This document shows positions 38,753-48,585 of a stretch of DNA of 64,000 bases, piece by piece. Source of the DNA: an uncultured Fidelibacterota bacterium (GTDB lineage Bacteria > Fidelibacterota > Marinisomatia > Marinisomatales > Marinisomataceae); the NCBI GenBank assembly GCA_902578385.1, contig CACHCR010000005.1:2707-66706 (forward strand), given 5' to 3'. The notes under the pieces were generated by a model. The model did no database searches, was not told the DNA's origin, and worked only from the letters and a program-made list of their open reading frames with translations. Each line of letters opens with the position of its first letter. Within the stretch, counting starts at the first letter, position 1. A program made the position numbers and the translations under genes.

Positions 38753-39470
38753 TTTTTCATTTATTGATAAAAAAAATATTAAGAATTCATCTTTTATATT
38801 AGATGAAAAGGAATCACATCACATTATATCTGTTTTAAGATTGAAAGAAAATTCTAATTTAACCTTAACAGATGGACAAGGAAAAGTTTACCATGCAGTA
38901 ATTATTGAATTAAATAAAAAATCAGTTAAAGGTAAAATTTTAAGAGAAGAAAAAATTTTAAATGAACAAAAATATTTGATTCATTTAGCCTTGCCATTAA
39001 TAAAAAATAATAGATTTAAAATAGCTTTAGAGAAATCAGTTGAACTGGGTGTTAATGAAATTACTCCAATAAAATTTGATAAATCAGTTAAGTCAAAAAT
39101 TAATTATGATAAAATCCATTCTATAGTTCACTCAGCTTGCAAGCAAAGTACGAGACCTTATTTTCCTAAGTTAAATAAGCTAAAAACTTTTAGAGAGTGG
39201 TATGATTCAAATGCAGTAAATATTGTTTGCTTAATTGACTCAGAAAAAACTATTCTTGATCAACTAGATTTAATTAAAAGTTCTTTAAAAAATAATCATA
39301 AAATCAATTTAATCGTTGGTCCGGAGGGTGATTTTTCAGAAATTGAAAAAAAATTTATAAATGAAAAAAATTTCATTAAAGTTAATCTTGGTGGAACTAT
39401 ATTAAGGTCTGAAACAGCAATAGTTTCTTTTATATCAATCATTAATGAATTATTGATTAATAATGACTAA
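38745..39470 (+). CDS. rsmE: 16S rRNA m3U1498 methyltransferase RsmE
   Basis: HIISVLR, EKSVELGV, VGPEGDFS, LGGTILRSETA. Confidence 0.95.
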   Translation: MSNFSFIDKKNIKNSSFILDEKESHHIISVLRLKENSNLTLTDGQGKVYHAVIIELNKKSVKGKILREEKILNEQKYLIHLALPLIKNNRFKIALEKSVELGVNEITPIKFDKSVKSKINYDKIHSIVHSACKQSTRPYFPKLNKLKTFREWYDSNAVNIVCLIDSEKTILDQLDLIKSSLKNNHKINLIVGPEGDFSEIEKKFINEKNFIKVNLGGTILRSETAIVSFISIINELLINND

Positions 39471-39807
39471 AACAATATTTGAAAAAATTATATTAAGAGA
39501 AATACCTGCAAATATTCATTATGAAGATGATGAGGTAATTGTAATTGATGATATAAATCCAACTGCCCCTATTCATCTTCTAATAATTCCAAAAAAGAAA
39601 ATTGAAACATTGAATGATCTTGCAGAAGGTGATACAAAATTAGTTGGAAAGCTATTTCAAGTTGCAAAAAATATGGCTTCAAAGTTTGGAATAGACAAAT
39701 CAGGTTATAGAGCAATTTTTAATTGTAATGAGGATGGTGGACAAACTGTTTACCATATTCACCTTCATTTGGTTGGAGGTAGATCATTTAGTTGGCCCCC
39801 TGGATAG
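39463..39807 (+). CDS. HIT-family nucleotide hydrolase (HinT)
   Basis: TIFEKII, GGQTVYHIHLHLVGGR..WPPG. Confidence 0.95.
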   Translation: MTKTIFEKIILREIPANIHYEDDEVIVIDDINPTAPIHLLIIPKKKIETLNDLAEGDTKLVGKLFQVAKNMASKFGIDKSGYRAIFNCNEDGGQTVYHIHLHLVGGRSFSWPPG

Positions 39808-39812
39808 AGAAG

Positions 39813-41918
39813 ATGAATATTTCAAAATTAGAAATTTTTGGATTTAAATCATTCGCTAAAAAGGAAACAATACTTTTTAATAGTGGAATTACGGGAATTG
39901 TTGGTCCAAATGGCTGTGGTAAAACAAATATTGTTGACGCAATAAGGTGGGTATTAGGTGAGCAAAAAACTAAAAGATTAAGAAGTTCTAAAATGGAAGA
40001 AGTTATTTTCAATGGTGCTTCTAATGTAAAACCATTGGGTTTATGTGAAGTATTTCTAACTATTGAAAATAATAAAGGGCTTTTACCAGTAGAATATTCA
40101 GAGGTAGAAATTGGAAGGAGATTATATCGATCTGGTGAAAGTGAATACTTCATTAACAGAAATAATTGCCGATTAAAAGATATTTCAAATCTCTTTGTAG
40201 ACACTGGCTTGACTTCAGATGCTTATTCAGTTATCGAACTAAATATGATAGAACAAATACTATCCGATAAAGATGATAGCAGAAGAAAGATGTTTGAAGA
40301 AGCTGCTGGAGTCAATAAATATAAATCTAAAAGACAATCTGCTTTAAAAAAGTTTGATTTGAATTCAAGAGATTTAGAAAGAATTGATGATATAATAGTA
40401 GAAATTCAACTTCAAGTAAAAGCTTTAGATTTGCAGCTAAAAAGATTTAAAAGACATGAAAAACTTTCAAGTGAATTGAAAGAGCTAGAAATAGATTTAT
40501 CTTCCGCAAGAATTATGGATCTTGATAATATTATTGTTCCTCTAGAGTCAATGCTTAAAAAAAAGAATACTCTTTTGAAAAAAAATACTTCAAAAAAAGA
40601 GGTCGAAAGCGTTGAATTTGATAATGCTAGAGATGCTTATTTGAAAGAAAAAGAGGAGCTTTCAAAAATGAAAGCTAAGATTGATAAGCTCACTGAGAAT
40701 TTACTTTCAGAAATTCAAGAAAAAAATCAAGAATCATCGAAAGGTGTAGGGCTTCTTGAAGATGAACTTCAGAAAAAAATTAATCAACTTAACCAATTTG
40801 ATAAGGATTATATAAAGATAGTGTCTAATAAAGATGTAACTAAAACTTTATCGACTGAAAGTAAAGAAAAGTTTAAAAATAAAAATTATACAGTAATTGA
40901 AACTGACAAAAAATATGATAAACTCAAAGCAAGTATTAAAGATTACAAGGATAAGATAGATAAGTATAGAAAAGATAAAGAGTTTGATTTTTCAAAAATG
41001 GATGAATCTATTAAAAATATTCAGGATAAAATAAATTCAAATAATTTAGATCTTGAAAAGAAAGAAAATGATGTTAATAAAGCATTTATAAATATGGAAA
41101 CCATTAGAGCAAAACTTGATTCAGATAAATTTAGTAAAGATGACCTCTTTTATGAGATAAAAGAAGCAGAAATGAAAATCGCCGAATCAAATTTGAAAAA
41201 ATCACAAATTATGCAAACAATGGTTGAAAAATTTGGAAAAGATATTAAGCTTAAGTCTTTAAAAGAATATAATATTTCAGATATGGTTTTTAGAGTAGAA
41301 AAAATCAAGAGGAGTATAGAATCAATTGGTCCGATAAATTGGGCAGTAAAGGATGAACATGAAGAAAAATCTGCAAGATTAAATAACCTTCTTAATCAAA
41401 AGTCAGATTTAATTGATGCTGAAAATAATTTAAAAGAAGCGATTAAAAAAATTGACAATATTGCTCAAGAACAATTTTTTGAAACTTATAATAAGGTAAG
41501 AGATAATTTTGAAACAATGTTCACTGTTTTCTTTAATGGAGGAAAAGGCTCTTTAGAGCTTTCAGATCCTGATGATCCTTTAAACTCAGATATAAATATT
41601 TTTGCACAACCTCCTGGAAAAAGAAATAATTCATTAAAAATGTTATCAGCGGGTGAAAAATCATTAACAGCGATTGCGTTATTATTTTCAATTTATCAAT
41701 ACAAGCCTAGTCCTTTCTGCATTTTGGATGAAATTGATGCACCTTTAGATGATATAAATATTAAAAAATTTACAGACGTTATTAAAGATTACAGTAAAAC
41801 TACGCAGTTTATTATGGTTACCCATAATAAATTAACAATGGAGTCTGCTGATTGTATTTATGGTGTTACTGCTGAAAAGCAGGGAATTTCTAAGTTAATG
41901 TCTATTGATTTTTCGTAA
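39813..41918 (+). CDS. smc: Smc chromosome segregation ATPase, shortened (701 aa, no recognisable hinge)
   Basis: GFKSFA, GPNGCGKTN, FEEAAG, PPGK, LSAGEK, LDEIDAPLDD, VTHNK; ATG at 39813. Confidence 0.9.
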   Translation: MNISKLEIFGFKSFAKKETILFNSGITGIVGPNGCGKTNIVDAIRWVLGEQKTKRLRSSKMEEVIFNGASNVKPLGLCEVFLTIENNKGLLPVEYSEVEIGRRLYRSGESEYFINRNNCRLKDISNLFVDTGLTSDAYSVIELNMIEQILSDKDDSRRKMFEEAAGVNKYKSKRQSALKKFDLNSRDLERIDDIIVEIQLQVKALDLQLKRFKRHEKLSSELKELEIDLSSARIMDLDNIIVPLESMLKKKNTLLKKNTSKKEVESVEFDNARDAYLKEKEELSKMKAKIDKLTENLLSEIQEKNQESSKGVGLLEDELQKKINQLNQFDKDYIKIVSNKDVTKTLSTESKEKFKNKNYTVIETDKKYDKLKASIKDYKDKIDKYRKDKEFDFSKMDESIKNIQDKINSNNLDLEKKENDVNKAFINMETIRAKLDSDKFSKDDLFYEIKEAEMKIAESNLKKSQIMQTMVEKFGKDIKLKSLKEYNISDMVFRVEKIKRSIESIGPINWAVKDEHEEKSARLNNLLNQKSDLIDAENNLKEAIKKIDNIAQEQFFETYNKVRDNFETMFTVFFNGGKGSLELSDPDDPLNSDINIFAQPPGKRNNSLKMLSAGEKSLTAIALLFSIYQYKPSPFCILDEIDAPLDDINIKKFTDVIKDYSKTTQFIMVTHNKLTMESADCIYGVTAEKQGISKLMSIDFS

Positions 41919-42000
41919 AATAAATCATTTGTAGTATTCGTTACTTTTAGACAAATTACGCCTGTTTTAATAACAAAATAAAAAAAGAGAAAAAAAATTT

Positions 42001-42555
42001 ATGGCAACAAAAATTAGACTTAAAAGAATTGGTCGAAGAAACAGACCTTTTTATAGAATTATTATTATCGATTCTAGAAAAAGAAGAGATGGATCTGCAA
42101 TTGAGCAGGTTGGTTGGTATAATCCAATTGAAAATAATAAAGAGAAAAATTATAATCTTAAAGAAGATAGAATTCTTGAATGGCTTAAGCTTGGTGCACA
42201 AGTAACGGATCCGGTGAATAAGTTAATGAAAAGATCGGGATTAGCTTATAGATGGCATCTAATGAAGCAAGGACTGTCTGAAAAAGAAATTGATAAAGCT
42301 GTTGAAAAATGGAAGAAAGAAAGAGATAAAGTAATTCAAGATAGAATTAAGGCTAATAAGGCTAAGAGAGAAAAAGCAAAAGCTAAAAAAGAAGCTGCTA
42401 AAGTCACGGAGGAAGCTCCTGCTGAAGAAGAAAAAGCGGAGGAAGCACCGGTAGAAGAAGCTCCTGCTGAAGAAGAAAAAGCGGAGGAAGCTCCTGCAGA
42501 AGAACCTGCTGAAGAAGAAAAAGCTGAAGAAGCTCCTGCTGAAGAAGAAAAATAA
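42001..42555 (+). CDS. rpsP: 30S ribosomal protein S16 with acidic repeat tail
   Basis: KIRLKRIG, PFYRI, GWYNP, WLKLGAQ. Confidence 0.97.
   Translation: MATKIRLKRIGRRNRPFYRIIIIDSRKRRDGSAIEQVGWYNPIENNKEKNYNLKEDRILEWLKLGAQVTDPVNKLMKRSGLAYRWHLMKQGLSEKEIDKAVEKWKKERDKVIQDRIKANKAKREKAKAKKEAAKVTEEAPAEEEKAEEAPVEEAPAEEEKAEEAPAEEPAEEEKAEEAPAEEEK
42409..42552 (+). repeat. Coding repeat (EEAPAEEEKA)n in S16 tail
   Basis: Repeated GAAGCTCCTGCTGAAGAAGAAAAA-type units. Confidence 0.9.
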
Positions 42556-42578
42556 ATTTTTAAAAGCTCCTCGATAAT

Positions 42579-43262
42579 ATGGAAGTTTTTATAATAACGC
42601 CTTTTCCAAATACGATTAATGTATTAATCGAAAACAATATTACTAATCAAGGAATTAAAAAAAACCTTCTCAATGTTGAAGTTGTCAATCTTAGAGATTT
42701 TACTAATGATAATTACAAAAAAATTGATGATGAGCCTTACGGAGGAGGTAGTGGAATGGTAATGATGTGTCAGCCATTATTTAGTGCGATTGATTATTGT
42801 ATTAATAAATCGCAAAAAAAGCCTAAAGTAATTTTTCCCTCTCCTAAAGGAAAAGTTTTGAATCATAAAATGAGTAGTGATTTGAGTAATGAAAATGCAC
42901 TTATTTTTATTTGTGGTCACTATAAAGGAATTGATGAGAGAGTAATTGATAAATATGTTGATTTAGAAATATCAATAGGAGATTTTATCATTTCAAACGG
43001 TGAACTTTCAACCATGATTATATTTGATTCAATTGCAAGATTGGTTCCTGGAGTTTTGAATGATTTAAATTCTGCTATGACGGATTCTTTTGTTGACGAT
43101 TTACTCGATGCTCCTTATTTTACGCGGCCTAATGAAATTGATGGATTAAAAGTTCCAGAAGTATTATTATCTGGCGATCATAAAGCAATTGAAAAATGGC
43201 GAAATGATAAAAAGTTAGAAATTACAAAAGACAGAAGACCTGATCTTTTAAAAGAAAAGTAA
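42579..43262 (+). CDS. trmD: tRNA m1G37 methyltransferase
   Basis: [38 protein letters not shown]. Confidence 0.97.
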   Translation: MEVFIITPFPNTINVLIENNITNQGIKKNLLNVEVVNLRDFTNDNYKKIDDEPYGGGSGMVMMCQPLFSAIDYCINKSQKKPKVIFPSPKGKVLNHKMSSDLSNENALIFICGHYKGIDERVIDKYVDLEISIGDFIISNGELSTMIIFDSIARLVPGVLNDLNSAMTDSFVDDLLDAPYFTRPNEIDGLKVPEVLLSGDHKAIEKWRNDKKLEITKDRRPDLLKEK

Positions 43263-43266
43263 AATA

Positions 43267-43587
43267 ATGAGTAACACTTTAAGAGAAGATATACCAAATT
43301 TTAAAGCCGGAGATGTGCTTTCAATCTACGTTAATGTAAGAGAAGGGCAAAAGGTAAGACAACAGCTTTACAAAGGGACTGTCATTGCTCGTAAAGGTTC
43401 TGGTATCGCTGAAACAATTACTGTAAGAAAAATTTCTAATGGTGTTGGAGTTGAAAGAATCTTTCCACTTCATTCTCCATCAATTGCATCCATCAAAGTT
43501 GATAGAGTAAATAAAGTAAGAAGAGCCAAATTATATTATTTGCGTGGATTATCTGGTAAAGCAGCTCGTCTTGCAGAAAAGAAGTAG
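43267..43587 (+). CDS. rplS: 50S ribosomal protein L19
   Basis: [30 protein letters not shown]. Confidence 0.98.
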   Translation: MSNTLREDIPNFKAGDVLSIYVNVREGQKVRQQLYKGTVIARKGSGIAETITVRKISNGVGVERIFPLHSPSIASIKVDRVNKVRRAKLYYLRGLSGKAARLAEKK

Positions 43588-43590
43588 AAC

Positions 43591-44733
43591 TTGCCTTCTA
43601 CTAGATCCATCCTATTTGTTTTAAGTTTATCTCACATGTCAAATCACATCATTATGATGTTGATACCTAGTATGTATATAAATTTGATTGATTTTTTTTC
43701 ACTTAATGCTGCTGAGGTAGGACTAATATTTGGTATTGTAAGTTTTTGTTTTGGTGTTGGTTCTTTGCCAATGTCTTTCTTATATAATAAATATGGGCCA
43801 AAAAGATTGATTGCATTTTCGCAGATAGGAATTTTTATATCTGCTTTATTAGTAAGTATATCAAATGATGTTGTAATGTTTTCATTTAGTAGTATTTTAT
43901 TAGGGCTTTTTGCAAGTATTCATCATCCAGTTTCTTTAACTTTAATTTCTGAAACTTTTGATAAGGATATTGCTAAGGCCAATGCTTTTCACGGAGTCTT
44001 TGGTTCAATCGGTGTTTCTCTAGGTCCTTTAATATCATTTTTTGCTTTATTACATTTTAGTTGGCATTATGCATTTATTTTTACAGCAATTTTAAATGCT
44101 TTTTTATTACCTCTTTCTTTAAAGTTTATCCCTAATACCGAAAAAATGGATATTATAAGTTTAAATGACTTTAACGATAAGAGGCAAAACTCAATTTTAA
44201 TGATTTTTTTCCTAGTTTCATTTGTAGTTGGCTTATCATTTACAGTTTTTAATACATTTATACCCTCAGTATTTAATTTAGATTTTGGTTCCAACTCAAA
44301 CTCAATTGTCTCAGCAATTATGTTAACTGGTTTTATAGGTCAAATTCTTTCTGGATATTTTGGAGATAAATTTGATAGAATTAAACTATTATCTACAGTT
44401 TTTATTTTACTTTTACCTTTATTTATTTCAATAATTTTCGTTGGAAAAAAACTAATTATATTTATTTCAATTTTTTTAGCAATATTGATGTATTCAATTC
44501 AACCATTAATCAATTCAATAATAAAGGATATAACTACTTTAAGAATAAGATCAGTAGTATTTGGTTTGAACTTCTTCTTAATGTTTGGTCTTTCAGGATT
44601 AGCAGCATATATGGGAGGATTAATAGCAGATAACTATAGTTTTAAATTAATTTTCCCTATATTTTCTTTACTGTTTCCAATTGGAATTTTGTTACTTTAT
44701 TTATTACAAATGAAAAAAAAGGTTAAAGTTTAA
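43591..44733 (+). CDS. MFS transporter
   Basis: About 12 TM segments, SIHHP, GYFGDKFDR. Confidence 0.88.
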   Translation: MPSTRSILFVLSLSHMSNHIIMMLIPSMYINLIDFFSLNAAEVGLIFGIVSFCFGVGSLPMSFLYNKYGPKRLIAFSQIGIFISALLVSISNDVVMFSFSSILLGLFASIHHPVSLTLISETFDKDIAKANAFHGVFGSIGVSLGPLISFFALLHFSWHYAFIFTAILNAFLLPLSLKFIPNTEKMDIISLNDFNDKRQNSILMIFFLVSFVVGLSFTVFNTFIPSVFNLDFGSNSNSIVSAIMLTGFIGQILSGYFGDKFDRIKLLSTVFILLLPLFISIIFVGKKLIIFISIFLAILMYSIQPLINSIIKDITTLRIRSVVFGLNFFLMFGLSGLAAYMGGLIADNYSFKLIFPIFSLLFPIGILLLYLLQMKKKVKV

Positions 44734-45533
44734 TGTTAGTTAGTATGACAGGGTTTGGCTCATCGAGCTATGAAGATTCAAATTTATCAATTAACATTGA
44801 ACTTAAGTCATTTAATTCTAGATATTTTGAATTAAATACCAAATCTTTTGATTTATCAGGTCCTTTAGAATACAAAATTAGAAATTACCTTAAGAAACAA
44901 CTTTATAGAGGGTCAGTTACACTTATTGTAAAGGTTGATTCAAAAGATTCATTTAAGTTTAATGATCATAAAACAGCTAGTGTATTAAAAGCATATGATG
45001 AAATAGAAAAAAAATATGGTGTTAAATTAAATTACAGTCAGCTCCTTCGAAATAATGATATATTAACTTATGATTCACATAGTAAATCAATACAGAATAA
45101 AATATTTTCTTCACTAAAATTAGCTACTAAAGAGTTGGTGCAAATGAGAAAAAATGAAGGTATGCAAATTGAAAAAGAGTTTTTTAAATATTTAGCTATT
45201 GCAAAAAAAGATTTAATGAAAATTGAAAAAATTCAGGAAAAAGTTCATAACAAAAAAGTTAATTCTAAATCTAATATTGAAAATTTAGATGAGATTGAAA
45301 AAATTGATATTTCTGAGGAAATTGATAGAATTAATAGCCATCTAAAACAAATTTCTCAATCAATTAAATCTCCTCAACTTTCGGGGAAAAAAATTAATTT
45401 CATTCTTCAGGAAATTAATAGAGAATCAAATACAATTTTATCAAAATTCTTAAATAAAAGTGTTTCTAAATATGCTATAAGTTTAAAAATGCAAGCAGAG
45501 AAGCTAAGAGAGCAAGTGGGAAATATTTTATGA
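44733..45533 (+). CDS. YicC/YloC family endoribonuclease
   Basis: SMTGFG, DISEEIDR..SH, GKKINFILQEINRESNT, EKLREQV. Confidence 0.92.
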   Translation: MLVSMTGFGSSSYEDSNLSINIELKSFNSRYFELNTKSFDLSGPLEYKIRNYLKKQLYRGSVTLIVKVDSKDSFKFNDHKTASVLKAYDEIEKKYGVKLNYSQLLRNNDILTYDSHSKSIQNKIFSSLKLATKELVQMRKNEGMQIEKEFFKYLAIAKKDLMKIEKIQEKVHNKKVNSKSNIENLDEIEKIDISEEIDRINSHLKQISQSIKSPQLSGKKINFILQEINRESNTILSKFLNKSVSKYAISLKMQAEKLREQVGNIL

Positions 45534-46090
45534 AAAATTTATTCATAGTTTCAGGATCTTCGGGTTCAGGTAAAACTACATTATTGGAGTTATTATCTAG
45601 AGATTTAAATATTGAAATTTCAGTTTCATTTACAACTCGTAATAAGAGAGAATATGAAATTGACGGAGTTCATTATAATTTTATATCAAAAGAAAAATTT
45701 AAAAAAATGATTAATGAAAATTTATTTCTTGAATATGAAAATGTTCATGGAGATTTATATGGAACTGCATTAAGTAGTTTGAAAGAGTACATAGATAATA
45801 AAAAGCTTTTATTTTTTGAGTTAGATGTAAATGGAGCTGTTAGTTTAATGAATTATTATCCTAATAATACTGTTTCAATCTTTTTATCACCTCCAAATCT
45901 TAATGAATTAAGAAAAAGGTTAGTTTTAAGGTCAACTGAAACTGAACAAGAAATTAATAAAAGACTAAGTAGGTTTGAAGAAGAAGATAATTTAAAAAAA
46001 GAATTTGACTATAATCTTATTAATGATAACTTCGAAACCACATTTGAAAAAATAAAAGAAATTATAAATAGACATAAAAAAGAGGATTAA
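45530..46090 (+). CDS. gmk: Guanylate kinase
   Basis: GSSGSGKTT, SFTTR, EIDGVHYNF, YGT. Confidence 0.96.
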   Translation: MKNLFIVSGSSGSGKTTLLELLSRDLNIEISVSFTTRNKREYEIDGVHYNFISKEKFKKMINENLFLEYENVHGDLYGTALSSLKEYIDNKKLLFFELDVNGAVSLMNYYPNNTVSIFLSPPNLNELRKRLVLRSTETEQEINKRLSRFEEEDNLKKEFDYNLINDNFETTFEKIKEIINRHKKED

Positions 46091-46091
46091 A

Positions 46092-46379
46092 ATGGCTGTT
46101 GAACCTATATCATTTACCAAATTACTGAAAAAAACAGACGATATTTATGAAGCTGTTGTTGTCTCTTCTAAAAGAGCAAAACAAATGCTTCAAGATAGAA
46201 TTGTTAAACAGATGATTGATGATAATGAAGAAATCTCTGAGGATGGAATTCTAGCTGAGCCTGTAGTTAGGGAGAATATTGATTTCGATAAAGAAGATAA
46301 GGTAACCTCTTTAGCTTTAGATGAATTTCTTGACGGTGAAATTGATTGGGATAAGACCGAAGAATCAATTGAGCAGTAA
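46092..46379 (+). CDS. rpoZ: RNA polymerase omega subunit-like
   Basis: IYEAVVVSSKRAKQ, ALDEFLDGEI; follows gmk. Confidence 0.8.
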   Translation: MAVEPISFTKLLKKTDDIYEAVVVSSKRAKQMLQDRIVKQMIDDNEEISEDGILAEPVVRENIDFDKEDKVTSLALDEFLDGEIDWDKTEESIEQ

Positions 46380-47139
46380 ATCTTCCAAATACAAATACAT
46401 TAAACAAAATAAGCAATTATTCGGAGACGAGATATATTTGCGTCCACTAAAAATTTCAAATGACTCCAAAAAAGTAAAAATTCATGATTCATGGTATAAA
46501 GAATTAAAAAAAGAATTTGAAAAAGAGTATTGGAAAAATCTTTCTAGTCAAATTAAAGATCTTTATAAGAATAAAATTGTTTATCCTAAACCATCCTTGA
46601 TGTTTAATGCTTTAAATTCAACACCTTTAAATAGCGTTAAAGCAGTTATCATTGGACAAGACCCTTATCATGGAGAGGGACAAGCAAATGGCCTATCTTT
46701 TAGCGTTAATAACGGTATTTCAATTCCTCCGTCATTAGTAAATATTTTTAAAGAGTTGAAATCAGACATTAATATCCAAAAACCAAATTCAGGAAATTTG
46801 CAATCATGGGCAGATCAAGGAGTATTAATGCTTAATACTGTCTTGACTGTTGAAAAAGATAATGCAAATTCTCATAAAGGTATTGGCTGGGAAATTTTTA
46901 CAAATCGAATTGTTGAAATTGTTTCATCTAGCTTACAGAGTGTAGTTTTTATTTTATGGGGCAAGCAGGCTCAGTCATTTAAAGATATAATTGATTCTTC
47001 AAAACATTTAATAATTACTTCTGTTCATCCATCTCCATTGTCAGTTCATAGAGGTTTTTTTGGATCCAAACCTTTTTCTCAAACAAATAATTTTCTAGTA
47101 GAAAATGGGATTGAACCAATTGACTGGAAATTAAAATAA
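46369..47139 (+). CDS. ung: Family-1 uracil-DNA glycosylase with N-terminal extension
   Basis: GQDPYH, GLSFS, PPSL, QGVLMLN, HPSPLS; start uncertain (in-frame TTG 46369 or ATG 46321). Confidence 0.93.
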   Translation: MSSKSSKYKYIKQNKQLFGDEIYLRPLKISNDSKKVKIHDSWYKELKKEFEKEYWKNLSSQIKDLYKNKIVYPKPSLMFNALNSTPLNSVKAVIIGQDPYHGEGQANGLSFSVNNGISIPPSLVNIFKELKSDINIQKPNSGNLQSWADQGVLMLNTVLTVEKDNANSHKGIGWEIFTNRIVEIVSSSLQSVVFILWGKQAQSFKDIIDSSKHLIITSVHPSPLSVHRGFFGSKPFSQTNNFLVENGIEPIDWKLK

Positions 47140-47224
47140 TATTTTTTGTATTTAAGGATTGTCTTGTCAGATAATCAAAAGATTACTAATCTATTAAAAT
47201 AAATATTTTATATTGTTGAAAGAG

Positions 47225-47233
47225 TGTGGATAA
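47225..47233 (-). promoter_or_regulatory. Consensus DnaA box upstream of dnaB
   Basis: TGTGGATAA = reverse complement of TTATCCACA, 6 nt before dnaB ATG. Confidence 0.6.
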
Positions 47234-47239
47234 ATATAG

Positions 47240-48583
47240 ATGGCTGAAAATAAAAAAAATGAAGGTTTAAACTTACAACCTCAAGCTTTAGAGGCAGAAG
47301 AAGCAGTTCTTGGGTCTATGATGATTGATGAAGATGCTGCAAATAAAGCAATAAGTATCTTGGGTTCTAGTCATTATTTCTATAAAGATTCTCATAGAAA
47401 GATTTTTGAAGCTATGATTTCATTAATGAATAATAATGATCCAATAGATACTGTTTCTGTATCAGATGAGCTTAAAAAGGGAAAAAATTTGAAATCAATT
47501 GGTGGAATTTACTACTTAACAGGTTTAGTAGATAAAGTTCCAACATCTGCAAGAGTTGAAACTTATGCTGAGATAGTAAAAGAAAAAGGAATGTTAAGAG
47601 ATTTAATTTCTACATCTCATGAAATATCTAAAAAAGCTTTAGATGCTGGAGATTCAGTTGGATCGATCCTCGATGAAGCAGAGCAATCTATTTTTAATTT
47701 AAGCGAGAAAAAAACATCTAAAATTTATGAGCATATAGATCCTATTTTAAATAGTACAGTTAAAAGAATTGAAGAAATTGCTGCAAATCCTGGTTCAACA
47801 ATTGGTATACCATCTGGATTAATTGATTTAGATAAATTAACAGCAGGTTTTCAGAACGGAGATTTAATTGTTTTAGCTGGTAGACCTTCTATGGGAAAAA
47901 CAGCTTTAGCTTTAACAATTGCAAGAAATGCTGCAATTGAAAATAATTCTGCCACTGCAATTTTTAGTCTTGAAATGTCAAGTGATCAGTTAGGTCAAAG
48001 ACTATTAACATCAGAAGCTAAAGTTGATAATTCACTTGTTAGAAGGGGAAGTACTAATATAAAGTGGAAAAATATTAATATTGCTGCCGGAAAACTTTCT
48101 CAAGCTCCGCTTTATATAGATGATACTCCCGCCTTATCAATTCTTGATTTAAAAGCTAGAGCAAGAAGGTTGAAGCGTGAAAGAAATATTGAATTAATCA
48201 TTGTTGACTATTTACAGTTAATGCAAGGTCCTAAAAATGCAGAAAATAGACAAAATGAGATTTCACAAATTACGCAGTCTTTGAAGGCTTTAGCAAAAGA
48301 GCTAAATATACCAGTTATAGCACTTTCACAGCTTTCTAGAGCAGTTGAACAAAGAACTAAAAAAGAGCCTATTCTTTCAGATTTAAGAGAAAGTGGTGCT
48401 ATTGAACAAGATGCTGATGTTGTGATATTTTTGTATAGACCAGCAGTTTATGACAAGGAAGATCAAGAATTAAAGGGTATTGCATATCTTATCGTTGCAA
48501 AGCAAAGAAATGGTCCAACTGGTAGAGTAACAGCAAGTTTTATCGATACATATGCAAGATTTGACAATCATACAGAATTCTAA
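47240..48583 (+). CDS. dnaB: Replicative DNA helicase
   Basis: EAEEAVLG, GRPSMGKT, VDYLQLM, LSQLSR, SDLRESGAIEQDAD, KQRNGPTG. Confidence 0.99.
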   Translation: MAENKKNEGLNLQPQALEAEEAVLGSMMIDEDAANKAISILGSSHYFYKDSHRKIFEAMISLMNNNDPIDTVSVSDELKKGKNLKSIGGIYYLTGLVDKVPTSARVETYAEIVKEKGMLRDLISTSHEISKKALDAGDSVGSILDEAEQSIFNLSEKKTSKIYEHIDPILNSTVKRIEEIAANPGSTIGIPSGLIDLDKLTAGFQNGDLIVLAGRPSMGKTALALTIARNAAIENNSATAIFSLEMSSDQLGQRLLTSEAKVDNSLVRRGSTNIKWKNINIAAGKLSQAPLYIDDTPALSILDLKARARRLKRERNIELIIVDYLQLMQGPKNAENRQNEISQITQSLKALAKELNIPVIALSQLSRAVEQRTKKEPILSDLRESGAIEQDADVVIFLYRPAVYDKEDQELKGIAYLIVAKQRNGPTGRVTASFIDTYARFDNHTEF

Positions 48584-48585
48584 TA

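Noticed and set aside
39788-40204. 138-aa antisense ORF over the smc 5' end
   Set aside because: Antisense shadow of a conserved gene; no recognisable motifs
47140-47239. oriC
   Set aside because: Only one clear DnaA box, a short gap, and no dnaA/dnaN nearby
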